Source of the DNA: a virus
Taxonomy: Duplodnaviria; Caudoviricetes
DNA length: 53,745 bases
Virus record (IMG/VR): IMGVR_UViG_3300010400_000009
Location: 1 to 53,745 of that record
Strand: one strand, 5' to 3'
This document shows positions 1-10,707 of the stretch, piece by piece. Position 1 is the first letter of the stretch, and each line of letters starts with the position of its first letter. The translations under genes and the position numbers were made by a program. The notes beneath the pieces are model-generated. The model was not told where the DNA came from, did not search any database, and saw nothing but the letters and a program-made list of their open reading frames with translations.

Positions 1-123
1 CCGAGGCGGTAGGCTTTGATGTGAAAGCCTTAAACGCAAGCAGTGCTTTAAATGCAAATAATATTACTAATGTTAGTTCTAGTTTAAATATTGTTAGTAG
101 CAACTTAAAAAGCGTATCGTCTA
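1..123. repeat. Terminal direct repeat, identical to 53623-53745 (circular contig overlap)
   Basis: ccgaggcggt...cgtatcgtcta is present at both ends, and the fibre ORF reads through the junction in frame. Confidence 0.95.
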
Positions 124-3100
124 GCTTAGATGTTACTATTGGCGAGGTAACTGCAATTACGGGCTTAACTAGTAGTATTAGTGCTGATTTATTAACAACA
201 AACACAAGTGTAACTACCGTATCTACTAGTTTAAGTTCTGTTAGTTCTACTATTATGTTACTTTCAAGCGGTTTAAGTAACATAAGTTCAAATTTAAGTG
301 ATGTTAAATTAAATATTGATGATGTTAGCAGTAATTTAATTTTAACTAGCTCTAATCTTAGTTTATTAAGCAGTAATCTAAATATAACTAAAACAAATAT
401 AAGCAGCATATCAAATAATTTGAGTTTAACAAGTAGTAATTTATTATTAGTAAGTTCAAATATAAATGATGTATCATCAAATTTAAGTAATACCTCTAGC
501 GTATTACTATTGGTTAGTGATAATTTAGCAAACGGAGCAAATACAACTGCTTTAAGTAGTAATTTATCACTAGTTAGTAGCAGTTTATTAATAAATAATG
601 CGGATAATAGTGCAATATCTAATAATTTAAAAGCGGTAAGCTCTGCATTAAATTTAACAAGCAGTAATTTAAGCAGTGTATCATCTACATTAAACAAAAA
701 TATAGCTGATACTAGTTTTATTAGCTCCGATTTATTAGCATTAAATACTAATGTATTTTTAATTTCTGATAATTTAAGTTCTGTTAGTTCTTCATTAAGT
801 AATACTAGTGCTAATTTAAGCAGCGTATCATCTGCATTAAGTGATGTAATTGTATCAAGTAATAATATTGATGATGTATCCGATACTTTGTATGCTGTAA
901 GTTCAAGCATAATAGACATTAGTAGTAATATTGGTGTAATTTCCTCTATTATTACTACTAATATATCTGCTGTATCTGATACAGTAAACAGCGTAATATC
1001 AAGCCTTAGCCAAGTTTCCAGTACATTAGGTGTAACAAGTGCGGGTTTAAATGCTGTATCAAATACATTAAGTGTTACTAATTCTAATTTAAATTTAATT
1101 AGTGATAATATTAGCTCTGTATCAAGTAGTTTAAGTACAAGTATTTCTAATATTAATGTAATAAGTAGCAATCTTAGCTTAACTTCTAGCCGATTAATAT
1201 CCGTATCTAGTAATATCAGTTTGACTAGTTCCACATTAAATTTAATATCAAATAATGTAAGTAATTTAACATCAAGTTTTAGTATTATAAGCAATAATTT
1301 AAGCTCTGTATCTGATAATTTAATTTTAACTAGTTCCAACTTAAGCTTAGTTTCAAACGCTTTAAGTAATACCAATTCTAATATTGTTTTGATTAGCAAT
1401 AATTTAAGTTTAACCTCAAGTAATTTAGAATTGACTTCTGCGAATTTAAGTTTAACAAACTCCAATCTAAGTTTAGTTTCTAGTGCCTTGAGTAGCACTA
1501 ACTCGAATATTGGCGTAATTAGTAACAATCTAAGCCTTACATCAAGTTGTTTAATTAGCGTATCATCAACCCTAAGTTTAACTAGTTCTAATTTATTGCT
1601 TGTATCGGCTAGTTTAAGCGGAACAATATCTAATATAAGTATAATTAGCAGTAACTTAAGCAGTGTTAGCTCATCTTTAATTGTTACAAATACAAATATA
1701 AGCACTGTATCCAATAATTTAAGCTTAACCAGTAGTAATTTAATTGCAATATCTAATACAGTATCTAATACAATTAGTAATATTGGTGTAATTTCTAATA
1801 ATTTATTGCTTACTAGTTCCAATCTTTCCCTTGTTTCTGCTGGTTTAGTTTTAACTAATTCAAATTTAACACTAGTAAGCGATAATTTAAGTTTAACAAG
1901 TAGCCGTCTTAATTCTGTATCTAATAATCTTAGTAGTACATCGTCTAATTTATTACTTGTATCTAGTAATATCAATAATGTATCAAACTCATTAAGTACA
2001 ACCATAAGCAACTTTACATCATCAATAACATCTATAAGCGGTAATTTAAGCCTTACTTCTAGTAACCTATCTTTGACTAGTTCAACCTTAAATACCGTAA
2101 GCGGCGGATTAAGCACAACAAATAGTAATCTTGGATTAACTAATACATCAGTTTCTGCGGTTAGCGGATTATTAAGTACAACTATTAGTAATTTAGGTTT
2201 AGTAAGTACAAACTTAAGTAATACAGTATCCAATCTTACACTTGTAAGTAATAATTTAAGCAATACTAACTCAAACTTAACTTTAGTATCAACGAGCTTA
2301 AGTACATTAACATCTAATTTTACATTGGTTAGTAACAATTTAAGTTTAACTAGCAGCGGATTAATTGGCGTAAGCTCTACGCTTAATTTAACTAGTAATA
2401 ATTTAAGCTTAGTAAGCTCAAACTTAAGTAAAACTTCCAGCACATTAATTTTAGTATCTAATAGTTTAAGTAGTGTTAGTTCATCTTTAATTTTAGTTAG
2501 TTCTACTATATCATCTATAAGTAGTAATTTAAGTCTTGTTAGCTCAAGATTAAGTTTAGTGAGCAGTAATTTAAGTAGTGTTAGTTCATCTTTAAGCAAT
2601 ACATCTAGTTCACTTGCTACACTGACGGACTTTGCACAACTTAGAACTATACGTGTTTTAGATGATTTTTTAGATTTAAATAGCTGGACTATAGTTACTG
2701 GCGGATTAGGAGAAACAGCAACAGTTGTAAATGGAGCACTTACTGCATATAGCCATTTTGGTGTTGTAGAATTATCAACTAGCGCCGCCACTGGAGGTAC
2801 TGTTTCAATTGAAAAACTGGGACAAAAAACTAGTTACGATGGCAATAATCCCATAACTGTAGATTTGGTATTCGGATTTAGCCATGTAAATGCTAATCAT
2901 CGGTTTTTAATTGGATATTTTAATTCAGTCGGAACGACTGTTGCTTCTATAAATAGTGGTTTTGGTATTGAGTATAATGCGGCAAATAGTGCCAATTTAC
3001 AAGGCATTACATCAACTGGTACAGCTAATACTTTTACACGTGCTAGCTTAGGTATTGCGGCGGCTACTGGCACTGTTTATGTTATGAGAATTGTTGCAAC

Positions 3101-3296
3101 CACTTCTAGTGTTGATTTTTACCAACAAACCAGTTTAAGCAACTTTACATTAATAACAAGTATCACAACATCATTAAATATATTAAATGTTGTTCCTACA
3201 ATTAAACATATTAAGACTGCGGCATCGTCTAATCAAGCAGCTTGGTGTGATGTATTTTATACAGAGCGCGGGTTAAATAAATTTAATTTAATCTAG
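21..3296 (+). CDS. Ser/Asn/Leu-rich heptad-repeat fibre/adhesin-like protein; true start at ATG 53592 across the junction (1108 aa)
   Basis: About 870 aa of SSNLSL[VT]-type 7-residue repeats followed by a ~220-aa non-repetitive C-terminal domain. The N-terminus MSLEIRLSVFAEAVGFDVK resembles that of ORF 53094. Confidence 0.7.
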   Translation: MKALNASSALNANNITNVSSSLNIVSSNLKSVSSSLDVTIGEVTAITGLTSSISADLLTTNTSVTTVSTSLSSVSSTIMLLSSGLSNISSNLSDVKLNIDDVSSNLILTSSNLSLLSSNLNITKTNISSISNNLSLTSSNLLLVSSNINDVSSNLSNTSSVLLLVSDNLANGANTTALSSNLSLVSSSLLINNADNSAISNNLKAVSSALNLTSSNLSSVSSTLNKNIADTSFISSDLLALNTNVFLISDNLSSVSSSLSNTSANLSSVSSALSDVIVSSNNIDDVSDTLYAVSSSIIDISSNIGVISSIITTNISAVSDTVNSVISSLSQVSSTLGVTSAGLNAVSNTLSVTNSNLNLISDNISSVSSSLSTSISNINVISSNLSLTSSRLISVSSNISLTSSTLNLISNNVSNLTSSFSIISNNLSSVSDNLILTSSNLSLVSNALSNTNSNIVLISNNLSLTSSNLELTSANLSLTNSNLSLVSSALSSTNSNIGVISNNLSLTSSCLISVSSTLSLTSSNLLLVSASLSGTISNISIISSNLSSVSSSLIVTNTNISTVSNNLSLTSSNLIAISNTVSNTISNIGVISNNLLLTSSNLSLVSAGLVLTNSNLTLVSDNLSLTSSRLNSVSNNLSSTSSNLLLVSSNINNVSNSLSTTISNFTSSITSISGNLSLTSSNLSLTSSTLNTVSGGLSTTNSNLGLTNTSVSAVSGLLSTTISNLGLVSTNLSNTVSNLTLVSNNLSNTNSNLTLVSTSLSTLTSNFTLVSNNLSLTSSGLIGVSSTLNLTSNNLSLVSSNLSKTSSTLILVSNSLSSVSSSLILVSSTISSISSNLSLVSSRLSLVSSNLSSVSSSLSNTSSSLATLTDFAQLRTIRVLDDFLDLNSWTIVTGGLGETATVVNGALTAYSHFGVVELSTSAATGGTVSIEKLGQKTSYDGNNPITVDLVFGFSHVNANHRFLIGYFNSVGTTVASINSGFGIEYNAANSANLQGITSTGTANTFTRASLGIAAATGTVYVMRIVATTSSVDFYQQTSLSNFTLITSITTSLNILNVVPTIKHIKTAASSNQAAWCDVFYTERGLNKFNLI

Positions 3297-4024
3297 CCAC
3301 CAATTTTACTAATTAACCAACTTAAAAAAGCTTCATATAGTAAGCTTTTTTTTTGTTTTGTATTTTCATTTATTGATTTTTCAACTTGTAAAGCTCTATC
3401 TTTTGCTTTAGTTTCTGCCTCTGAAACGCCAACAGGTATAGACTTTAAACCACGTGTTTTATCATATTGAAAGTCTTTTTCCGCTGGTTCTTGATCGGGT
3501 TTGCTTTGTTTGCCATAGCCTCGTTTAATTGCCTGACTTTCATTTAAAGCTATACGCCTACATCTGCAATTATAGCCGCATAATGGGCTGTTTGTTTTCC
3601 AGAAGGGGTCATCTGCTCTTGCAATAAACCCGTTCCAAGCTTTATGCTGCGGTCTTGTTTTGCTATCATTTACAGCAGAATACATATAATAGCCGTATAG
3701 CTCTTCACTTTCTTTTTGACGTTCATATATACCGCTGTTAAATGCGGATTGAATATTAGTGTGATAAACTGTATACAATCTATTTTCAGGCAATATATTT
3801 TTAGATAAAATGCCTTGTTTCCATGTTTCGAAGGTTTCGCCCGTTTCTAAATTTTTTACTAAGCTATCTAAAATATCACTTAAAGTATTTAAGTTTGATA
3901 TACCCGCAACACTAAAGGTAAGTGTTCTATACTCAATATTAGCCTCACTATAGTAAACGTTTGGCGGTATTATTTTACGCTTTTTTGCCCATGCAATAGC
4001 TTCATCAAACGGGAGTGCTTGCAT
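3293..4024 (-). CDS. Head morphogenesis protein, Mu gp30/gpF (SPP1 gp7) family
   Basis: Motifs YSAVNDSKTRPQH and PLCGYNCRCR; lies downstream of the portal. Confidence 0.9.
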   Translation of the reverse strand: MQALPFDEAIAWAKKRKIIPPNVYYSEANIEYRTLTFSVAGISNLNTLSDILDSLVKNLETGETFETWKQGILSKNILPENRLYTVYHTNIQSAFNSGIYERQKESEELYGYYMYSAVNDSKTRPQHKAWNGFIARADDPFWKTNSPLCGYNCRCRRIALNESQAIKRGYGKQSKPDQEPAEKDFQYDKTRGLKSIPVGVSEAETKAKDRALQVEKSINENTKQKKSLLYEAFLSWLISKIGG

Positions 4025-4027
4025 TTA

Positions 4028-4201
4028 TTAATCCTTAGGTACACATACTGCAATTTTTGTAGCATATAAATTTTTATTTTTAAATGCTTGTATTAATTCA
4101 TTACTTGCATTTATACAAGCTTTTTGTGTGTTAAATTCTTGAGATATAGCAGATTGATTGCCATTAAAAATAACTATCATTATCAATATGTATGTAGTCA
4201 T
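4028..4201 (-). CDS. Small 57-aa protein with hydrophobic N-terminus and two Cys (not in ORF track)
   Basis: Manual translation MTTYILIMIVIFNGNQSAISQEFNTQKACINAS...AVCVPKD; GGAG lies upstream and the ORF fills the portal-gpF gap. Confidence 0.6.
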   Translation of the reverse strand: MTTYILIMIVIFNGNQSAISQEFNTQKACINASNELIQAFKNKNLYATKIAVCVPKD

Positions 4202-4206
4202 TTTAT

Positions 4207-5685
4207 TTACTCCCCTTGTTTCTCTGTAACATAGCCGTAAATATCTGCACTTATTAAAGCGTCATGCATTTTGCTAAAATCTTGTTCATGCTCGTATGTT
4301 TCCATTAAACTAGCAAAATTAGCGATTAAATCCTCTTTATTTTTGCTTTTTTTAATGGTTTCTAATACTGCTAGAGCAAACCCTGCTTCATGTGCTTGCA
4401 TAGCTTCATTGTTTAATTGCTCTATACCTTCTTGCTCTTTAGTAAACAAATTTTGCTTACTTAAATTTAGTGATTGATTATTAGTTTTATCTGTATTAGT
4501 TTGAGTGTCAATATTAGTTATAATAATGTCGCCTTCCTCAAAATCATAATGCTTGTCGTAATACTGTTTCTGCGGGCGTACGCCTTGAGTAAATAATATG
4601 CTATCCCTTTCCGCCCTTTCTGTATTCAGATTGATTACTTTGTTATATTCAAATTTAATTCTATCATTTATATTGTTGCAAATTAATACGTGGTTAAGAA
4701 TATCAGAATATAATCCATTTGCAAATACGCTAAAACTACCTATACGCTCCGCTAATATTTCCTTAAGCGTTTTAGCTGCTGCTTGGCTTCCGCTTTTTAC
4801 TTCTGATGTTAAATTTTGCCCTAAAATTAATTTAGTTATTTCTGTACTAATAAATTCTACAAATTGCTTATGTGCGTCGGTTTCAGGCTTAGACACATGG
4901 TTTTCAAAGCTTGAGGCAGTATCAACTATTATTGATAGCGGATTAATTCCCTCCAATTTCTTAGTAATTTCCGCAATTTTTTTCGGGTCGGTCATGCCTG
5001 TTTTAAGAATTCTGCTAGGATAACTTGTACTTTTTAACATCTTTTGCCATGTGTCTAATCCGCCTTGTTTAAGTATAATTAAAGCCGCAACATCAAATAT
5101 TAAGCCGTCGCCTTGCGGTTCAAGATATATTTCTATATTTTTATAACGTTTATATACATATGGGTTTACATATGTTTTAATCCCATTTTTAAAATAATAT
5201 AGCTTGTAATTTAACGTGTCTTGTTTAACTTTATTAAATGGTAATATTCTTAATTCTCTAGGCAGTTTAGGCTCAATCTCTTTGTTAAAATCAAATTCTA
5301 TACATGTATTGCCGTACAATACAGTATTAATTACAATACCTAACATTAAATCTTTAACGTTCAGTTGCTCCATATAATCTGCTATAAATTTTGTATTGCG
5401 GTTTAATTTCGCTCCGTTTTCCATAGTTATTTTGTAGCCTAAGCCGTTTAGTGCGTCTGATATAGTTCTAAAGCTTTGTCCGATTGAATTATCATGTACT
5501 AAAATATCTAACATACTATTTGTTAGTTGTTCACATGTATAAAGCGTTTTAATATGGTTTGATATAATCGGTTGTAGTGTGCTAATTATGTTGTTTATAT
5601 CATCATTTTTAATAACTGTAATTAAATCGTTATTAGTTACTTTTTTAGGCGCTAATGCCTCTTTAATTCTGCTTAATACGCCCAT
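4207..5685 (-). CDS. Portal protein, Mu gp29/DUF935-like
   Basis: Motif ITKLILGQNLTSEVKSGSQAAA; position between terL and gpF. Confidence 0.85.
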   Translation of the reverse strand: MGVLSRIKEALAPKKVTNNDLITVIKNDDINNIISTLQPIISNHIKTLYTCEQLTNSMLDILVHDNSIGQSFRTISDALNGLGYKITMENGAKLNRNTKFIADYMEQLNVKDLMLGIVINTVLYGNTCIEFDFNKEIEPKLPRELRILPFNKVKQDTLNYKLYYFKNGIKTYVNPYVYKRYKNIEIYLEPQGDGLIFDVAALIILKQGGLDTWQKMLKSTSYPSRILKTGMTDPKKIAEITKKLEGINPLSIIVDTASSFENHVSKPETDAHKQFVEFISTEITKLILGQNLTSEVKSGSQAAAKTLKEILAERIGSFSVFANGLYSDILNHVLICNNINDRIKFEYNKVINLNTERAERDSILFTQGVRPQKQYYDKHYDFEEGDIIITNIDTQTNTDKTNNQSLNLSKQNLFTKEQEGIEQLNNEAMQAHEAGFALAVLETIKKSKNKEDLIANFASLMETYEHEQDFSKMHDALISADIYGYVTEKQGE

Positions 5686-5689
5686 TTTT

Positions 5690-7267
5690 TTAATTCCTTG
5701 TGTCTGAAATCCAAATACCGCCCATTGAATTTTTTAATACTATTATAGCATGTGTTATAGCGTCTACTAAGTCATCATTTCCGCCGCCTTCACGAAATGC
5801 ACACATATCATTTACGATTAAATCGTATTTACTCCATTCTTTTTGGCTATAATCATCAAAAATATACTCATCTTTTAATTTATCCCATATATAAATATTC
5901 CCCGCGCACCAAATAGGCTCGGTACTTTGCACACGTGCGAACTTGCTATCTTTTGCTTCAATCTCACTTACGCTATATGTGCTTAAATCTCCCCTTAATT
6001 GCTCAATAATAGCCGTTCCGTTTGCTTTATCCTCTATGTGTATATTATGTCTTGTTTGCGGGTGTAGCTCCGCTGTATTCTTTACCATTTGCAGACTTTC
6101 CGAAAAGCTAGCACGTTTTTTGACTATATCTAATATATAAAATTTATTGTTATAGTATGTCATTATCGCCGAAGCCACGCAATCGCTAGTTTTGTTTTTT
6201 TTGAATGCCATATCCCAAAACTGCCCTACGTTGTAAAAATCAGACATTAAACAAGGCAATGGCACTAATGAGTTGTTAAAGTATTCCCGTTTAATTAAAC
6301 CGCCTTCTTTTGGTACTGGGTCTTGCTGATACTGCCCAGCATAACCCCAATTTCCTTTATTGTTTAGCTCAAGTTGCAAAACCCGCTCACCAAAACGGGC
6401 AGGGAATAATAGCTCGCCATGTTTGCGGTTATCCCCAATACTGCGGGGTTTGCTATCATCAAACTTGGCTCTTAAGCATAAATGTGTCCACTCTTTTTCG
6501 CTCTGCCCTTCATCTTTCCGCAATAAATAGCCGCATAAATCATAATCGTGCAACCGCTGCATAATTATAATTTTAAAGCTTCTATCCATATCATTTAAGC
6601 GGTTGCTTAATTGTTGGTTATAGTATTCAATATGTGCGTCTCTTATTGGTGTGCTTAATACGTCTGTTGCAGTAATCGGGTCATCTATGCATAATAAATT
6701 TGCTCTATGCCCAGTAGAACCCGCACCGAAGCTTGTAGAATACCTAAAACCACGGGCATTATTTACATAGTAACCTTTGGCGTTTTGGTCTTTGGCAAAC
6801 CCAAAATTAGGTGCTATTTGTATAAATTCCTTACTAGTTAGTAAAGTACGCATTTTCACGCTATCACGTAATGCTAATGCATTCGCATAACTTGCATTAA
6901 TTATGCTTATTTTTGCATTAAGAAACCATAGCCAGCTTTGAAACATAACATTTACAGTTAAACTTTTCATAAACCCGGGCGGAATATTTATAATAAGATT
7001 ATTCATATTATTAAATAAATATTCAACTTCGGCAGGTGTCAATATAGTATATTCAAAGCTTGCAGCGGTTTTTTTATCAACGAAACGACGTGCTACAATT
7101 TGTAAGTAGTCGCACAATAAGTCAATATGCCAATTATGTACATATATTTCATTGTCAATAACAGGGAAGAAGTGCTGAATAAATGCGGATAGACTAACTC
7201 TTAAATTTTCTTTTAATAAATCATTGTAAGCTTGTTCAAAATTTAAAGAGTTAAAATCAATTTTCAT
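5690..7267 (-). CDS. terL: Terminase large subunit
   Basis: INIPPGFMKS Walker A-like motif, LCIDDP Walker B, QRLH, YQQDP, and nuclease motifs FWD and NDDLVDA. Confidence 0.95.
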   Translation of the reverse strand: MKIDFNSLNFEQAYNDLLKENLRVSLSAFIQHFFPVIDNEIYVHNWHIDLLCDYLQIVARRFVDKKTAASFEYTILTPAEVEYLFNNMNNLIINIPPGFMKSLTVNVMFQSWLWFLNAKISIINASYANALALRDSVKMRTLLTSKEFIQIAPNFGFAKDQNAKGYYVNNARGFRYSTSFGAGSTGHRANLLCIDDPITATDVLSTPIRDAHIEYYNQQLSNRLNDMDRSFKIIIMQRLHDYDLCGYLLRKDEGQSEKEWTHLCLRAKFDDSKPRSIGDNRKHGELLFPARFGERVLQLELNNKGNWGYAGQYQQDPVPKEGGLIKREYFNNSLVPLPCLMSDFYNVGQFWDMAFKKNKTSDCVASAIMTYYNNKFYILDIVKKRASFSESLQMVKNTAELHPQTRHNIHIEDKANGTAIIEQLRGDLSTYSVSEIEAKDSKFARVQSTEPIWCAGNIYIWDKLKDEYIFDDYSQKEWSKYDLIVNDMCAFREGGGNDDLVDAITHAIIVLKNSMGGIWISDTRN

Positions 7268-7952
7268 CTTTTTTAGCTTTTTTCATTAATTCTAAAAATT
7301 GCTTTTGTTCTTTTCTATTTAATTTACTTATATCAATATTATTTTTTTCTGCTGGTTTTTCAGGCTCAACCTCGCCCGCTTTATCCCCGTATTTTCTAGG
7401 ATTTAGCTTAGCTAGACTAAACTTTAGCGTATCAACAATTAATTTGTCGCAATTCACGCTTAGCGGGTTAGAATTTAGTGCAACTTCTATCATGTCATCG
7501 TGTGCATTATCAAGTTTTTTAGCATAAGCCATACGATACATGTCGGCAAACGCAGTATGTTTAATGCACCATTCCAAGATTGTACTTCTATCGGGGAAGT
7601 GGGGATTTTCTGCACAAACCCATTTTAAAGGGCGTTTTCCGCTATCGCCTATTGCCTGACAAATTTCTTGTGCTAATTCTAAATTATATAAGGTAGGGCG
7701 ACCACCTTTGTTTTTTTCTATTGGTTCAGTAAGATTATTCTTATTTTTTTCATAATTTAAAATCTCGTTATTTTGCGAGCTTTTAAGGGTTTCCATTAGA
7801 TTTTTGAGTGATGAAACCTCGTCTTTGTCTAATTTCTCGCCTTTCCCTGCTGAATTAATTAATTTATAGAGTTTTGCTTGAAGTGCTTTAAATTCTTTGT
7901 CGTGCTTTTCATTTAAAGTTTGCAAACCCTCTGCATATTCTTTTCTATTCAT
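7257..7952 (-). CDS. terS: Terminase small subunit with N-terminal coiled-coil extension
   Basis: GGRPTLY...EICQAI...PDRSTILEW...KLNPRKYGDK; directly upstream of terL. Confidence 0.85.
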   Translation of the reverse strand: MNRKEYAEGLQTLNEKHDKEFKALQAKLYKLINSAGKGEKLDKDEVSSLKNLMETLKSSQNNEILNYEKNKNNLTEPIEKNKGGRPTLYNLELAQEICQAIGDSGKRPLKWVCAENPHFPDRSTILEWCIKHTAFADMYRMAYAKKLDNAHDDMIEVALNSNPLSVNCDKLIVDTLKFSLAKLNPRKYGDKAGEVEPEKPAEKNNIDISKLNRKEQKQFLELMKKAKKDEN

Positions 7953-9225
7953 TAAGTAGCTCCGCTTTCTGCCCTGTTAAATTTTCATATCTTTGTAAAA
8001 TTACATCGCAATATTTCGGGTCTAATTCCATTATATAAGCTTTACGCTCTGTTTTTTGACAAGCTATTAGGGTTGTACCGCTTCCGCCGAATAAATCTAA
8101 TACAATATGATTTTTATTAGAGCAGTCTAAAATTGTGTCTGCAACTAATTCAAGCGGCTTAACAGTAGGGTGCATTCCTGCTTCTTCGGCTCTATCCTTA
8201 TTTTTAAAGCTATTTACAATAGGATAATCCCATACATTAGAGCGCGTACGCCCGAATTGCCCTAATTCAAAGTTGTTTATATGTTTTTCATTACCATTTT
8301 TATAAACAAATATAAGCTCATGCTTACTTCTGTAAAAACTGCCCATACCAAAATTGTCTTTATTCCATATGCACAAATTTTTAAGTTCAGTAAATACTCC
8401 ATTGGCTGCATTAATAACATTATGCATATGCCTCCAATCCATACATATATAATGTATACTGCCGTTTGTACTATGAATAATTAGATTATTAAAAGTATCT
8501 TGTAAAAATTGTGTAAATTCCTTATCAGTCATTTCCCCGCTTGCCATTTTAAACTCGCCCATTTCTTTTATGCTATCAAAACCTTTTAAGCCAGTTCCTA
8601 TATTTGCAATCTTTATATTATAAGGCGGGTCGGTAAATACCATATTAGCCTTACTGCCGTTCATCAATTTATCAACATCAGATAGCAAAATAGAGTTACC
8701 GCACATTAATCTATGATTACCTAGCTTGTATATATCGCCGTATTTAGTTTTAGGCTCAATTGGCGGTTCGGGCGTTTCTTCTTCCTCTTCCATGTTTTCA
8801 GGCATAACTTCATCAGGATTTAGCAACTGCTCAAGCTCTCCTTCATCAAAACCGATTAAACTTAAATCAAAATTTAACTCCTGCAACTGCTCAAGCTCAA
8901 CTTTTAGCAGTTCATTATCCCATGTAGAATTTAAAGCAAGTTTATTGTCGGCTATGATATATGCCTTCTTTTGTGCCTCACTTAAATGCGATAATTCAAT
9001 ACAAGGCACTTTTTTAAGTTTTAACATTTTTGCAGCAGATAGCCTACCATGCCCCGCAATTATGCCATTTTCGCCGTCAATTAATATAGGATTGGTAAAT
9101 CCGAACTCTTTTATTGAGGCGGCTACTTGTGATATTTGCTCATCGCTATGTAAACGTGAATTATTAATATAGCCGATTAAATCAGATACATTTTTATAAA
9201 TTATTTGCTGATTTTCATTTTTCAT
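7945..9225 (-). CDS. ParB-like N-terminal domain fused to an N6/N4 DNA methyltransferase
   Basis: N-terminal NSRLH...FGFTNPIL...IIAGHGRL...IADNKL; C-terminal DPPY, HPTVKP and DLFGGSGT. Confidence 0.92.
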   Translation of the reverse strand: MKNENQQIIYKNVSDLIGYINNSRLHSDEQISQVAASIKEFGFTNPILIDGENGIIAGHGRLSAAKMLKLKKVPCIELSHLSEAQKKAYIIADNKLALNSTWDNELLKVELEQLQELNFDLSLIGFDEGELEQLLNPDEVMPENMEEEEETPEPPIEPKTKYGDIYKLGNHRLMCGNSILLSDVDKLMNGSKANMVFTDPPYNIKIANIGTGLKGFDSIKEMGEFKMASGEMTDKEFTQFLQDTFNNLIIHSTNGSIHYICMDWRHMHNVINAANGVFTELKNLCIWNKDNFGMGSFYRSKHELIFVYKNGNEKHINNFELGQFGRTRSNVWDYPIVNSFKNKDRAEEAGMHPTVKPLELVADTILDCSNKNHIVLDLFGGSGTTLIACQKTERKAYIMELDPKYCDVILQRYENLTGQKAELLNE

Positions 9226-9493
9226 TTTTTGTCTTTTTTATTTGCTTAAATTCTTTTGCAGCTTTATTGTTTAAGTATTTTTTTAGTGCTAAATCGGCAT
9301 TATTGCAACGAATAACTTTACCTAAATTTTTATTAAAAAAAGTAGTTGCTTTATCTTGGAATTTATCGACAAAGTCGATAATTAGAGGCTTGCGGGTATA
9401 ATTGATTTTATTAATACGAATAGACTTACCTTCGTATTTTTTTAAAATATTGTATGCCTCATTGCCGAAATTTTGGAATAATTCATCAATCAT
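9215..9493 (-). CDS. Hypothetical protein, possible Mor/C-like activator
   Basis: N-terminal pattern weakly resembles the Mor family; first gene before the packaging operon. Confidence 0.3.
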   Translation of the reverse strand: MIDELFQNFGNEAYNILKKYEGKSIRINKINYTRKPLIIDFVDKFQDKATTFFNKNLGKVIRCNNADLALKKYLNNKAAKEFKQIKKTKNEK

Positions 9494-9599
9494 TGAATAA
9501 TCTAGCTACAATAGTGTTAATTCTATTATATTACATTAATTTATAAAAAGACATGTTTTATAGGCATAAAGCCCTAAAAATAGGGCTGATAGAGCTATT

Positions 9600-9785
9600 T
9601 TATAGGGTATAAACCTCCTTTACTTCATAATGAATAATATTAGGGTATGTAGTGCTGTTGTTTAATACAGCATCGCCCGCTAATTTTGCGGTTAAATACA
9701 AAGAATAGTATTGTAGTAATGGTACGCTTCCCGGACTTCCATTAGTAGTATATTCAACTACCCATTTTTGATAAGTTAAAGCCAT
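9600..9785 (-). CDS. Hypothetical protein (61 aa)
   Basis: RBS GAGG upstream; hairpin AGCCCTA/TAGGGCT downstream at about 9570-9588. Confidence 0.55.
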   Translation of the reverse strand: MALTYQKWVVEYTTNGSPGSVPLLQYYSLYLTAKLAGDAVLNNSTTYPNIIHYEVKEVYTL

Positions 9786-9930
9786 TTTGTTTGTATCCTC
9801 TTTTTTTTATTGATGAATTAAGCAAATATTATTCGCTCAATTTAATTTTAATAAATCATTTTAATACAGCTTAAAACTATTTTATTTTGTGTGATATTTT
9901 AGATACATGCAAAATAATTTCATAAAAGAC

Positions 9931-9959
9931 TTGTATAATATTATATACTAGTATATAAT
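9931..9959 (+). promoter_or_regulatory. Sigma70 promoter with palindromic operator (copy 1)
   Basis: TTGTAT-17-TATAAT; palindrome ATTATATACTAGTATATAAT at 9940-9959. Confidence 0.75.
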
Positions 9960-9998
9960 TATATTAATCAAACCACAAAATATTAAAAGGATTAAAAA

Positions 9999-10286
9999 AT
10001 GAATAAATTATTAAATGTAACTAGCTCTGATGTTGGTACAGGCTGGGATAAAGAAGCTAAATTAGTATGTGAAAGAATGTTTAAGATATTTAATAATCTT
10101 TCAGAATTGGATAAAAGAAAAGCAGATAAAGAGATTGATGATATAGATTTAAGAAATGATTTACATAACGAAGGTAAATCAATTTTATCAGAAATTGAAA
10201 TTCAAGCAATAAATGAAATTGAAAAAGAATTAGGATATGACAACATGAATGGATTGAACCATACTTCATTTGTATTCGAAATTTAA
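9999..10286 (+). CDS. Hypothetical acidic protein
   Basis: RBS AAGG; follows the promoter at 9931. Confidence 0.7.
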   Translation: MNKLLNVTSSDVGTGWDKEAKLVCERMFKIFNNLSELDKRKADKEIDDIDLRNDLHNEGKSILSEIEIQAINEIEKELGYDNMNGLNHTSFVFEI

Positions 10287-10421
10287 AATAAATAATAAAT
10301 AAGTGGTCGAATTCGACCACTTTAATTAATTATATAGGCAGAGTAATAAAAGAAACTCATAAATTTGCTAATTTAGAACAAGCAAGAGATTTTTGTATAC
10401 AAAATTATAAAGGATAAAAAT

Positions 10422-10649
10422 ATGTCAAATTCTCAAAGTCCGCAAAGCAAGGCAACACGCAAAAATACTGCTGCTGAATGGAATAAGAAAAATCGAAAAA
10501 ATGGAAATGTTAAGCAATTTAACGTTACATTAATAGACACATTAGCAATTGAAGCAGTTGCAGAACTACCAAATAAAGCCCAATTCTTAACAAACGTATT
10601 AAGTTTGTATAAAAATGGTTTAATTAGCAATGAAGGCAAAATAATTTAA
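10422..10649 (+). CDS. Small putative ribbon-helix-helix/antitoxin-like DNA-binding protein
   Basis: Basic N-terminus, beta-strand KQFNVTL, then NKAQFL helix; RBS AAGGA. Confidence 0.5.
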   Translation: MSNSQSPQSKATRKNTAAEWNKKNRKNGNVKQFNVTLIDTLAIEAVAELPNKAQFLTNVLSLYKNGLISNEGKII

Positions 10650-10678
10650 ATATTCTTGCACTTTGTATAAAAAAGTGC

Positions 10679-10707
10679 TTGACTATAATTATATACTAGT
10701 ATATAAT
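10679..10707 (+). promoter_or_regulatory. Sigma70 promoter with palindromic operator (copy 2)
   Basis: TTGACT-17-TATAAT; the same 20-bp palindrome at 10688-10707. Confidence 0.75.

Noticed and set aside
7945-9225. ParB domain as the cognate binder of the parS sites
   Set aside because: It is the common ParB-like/methyltransferase fusion found next to terminases, with no visible parS-binding HTH or partner ParA. Not formally excluded.
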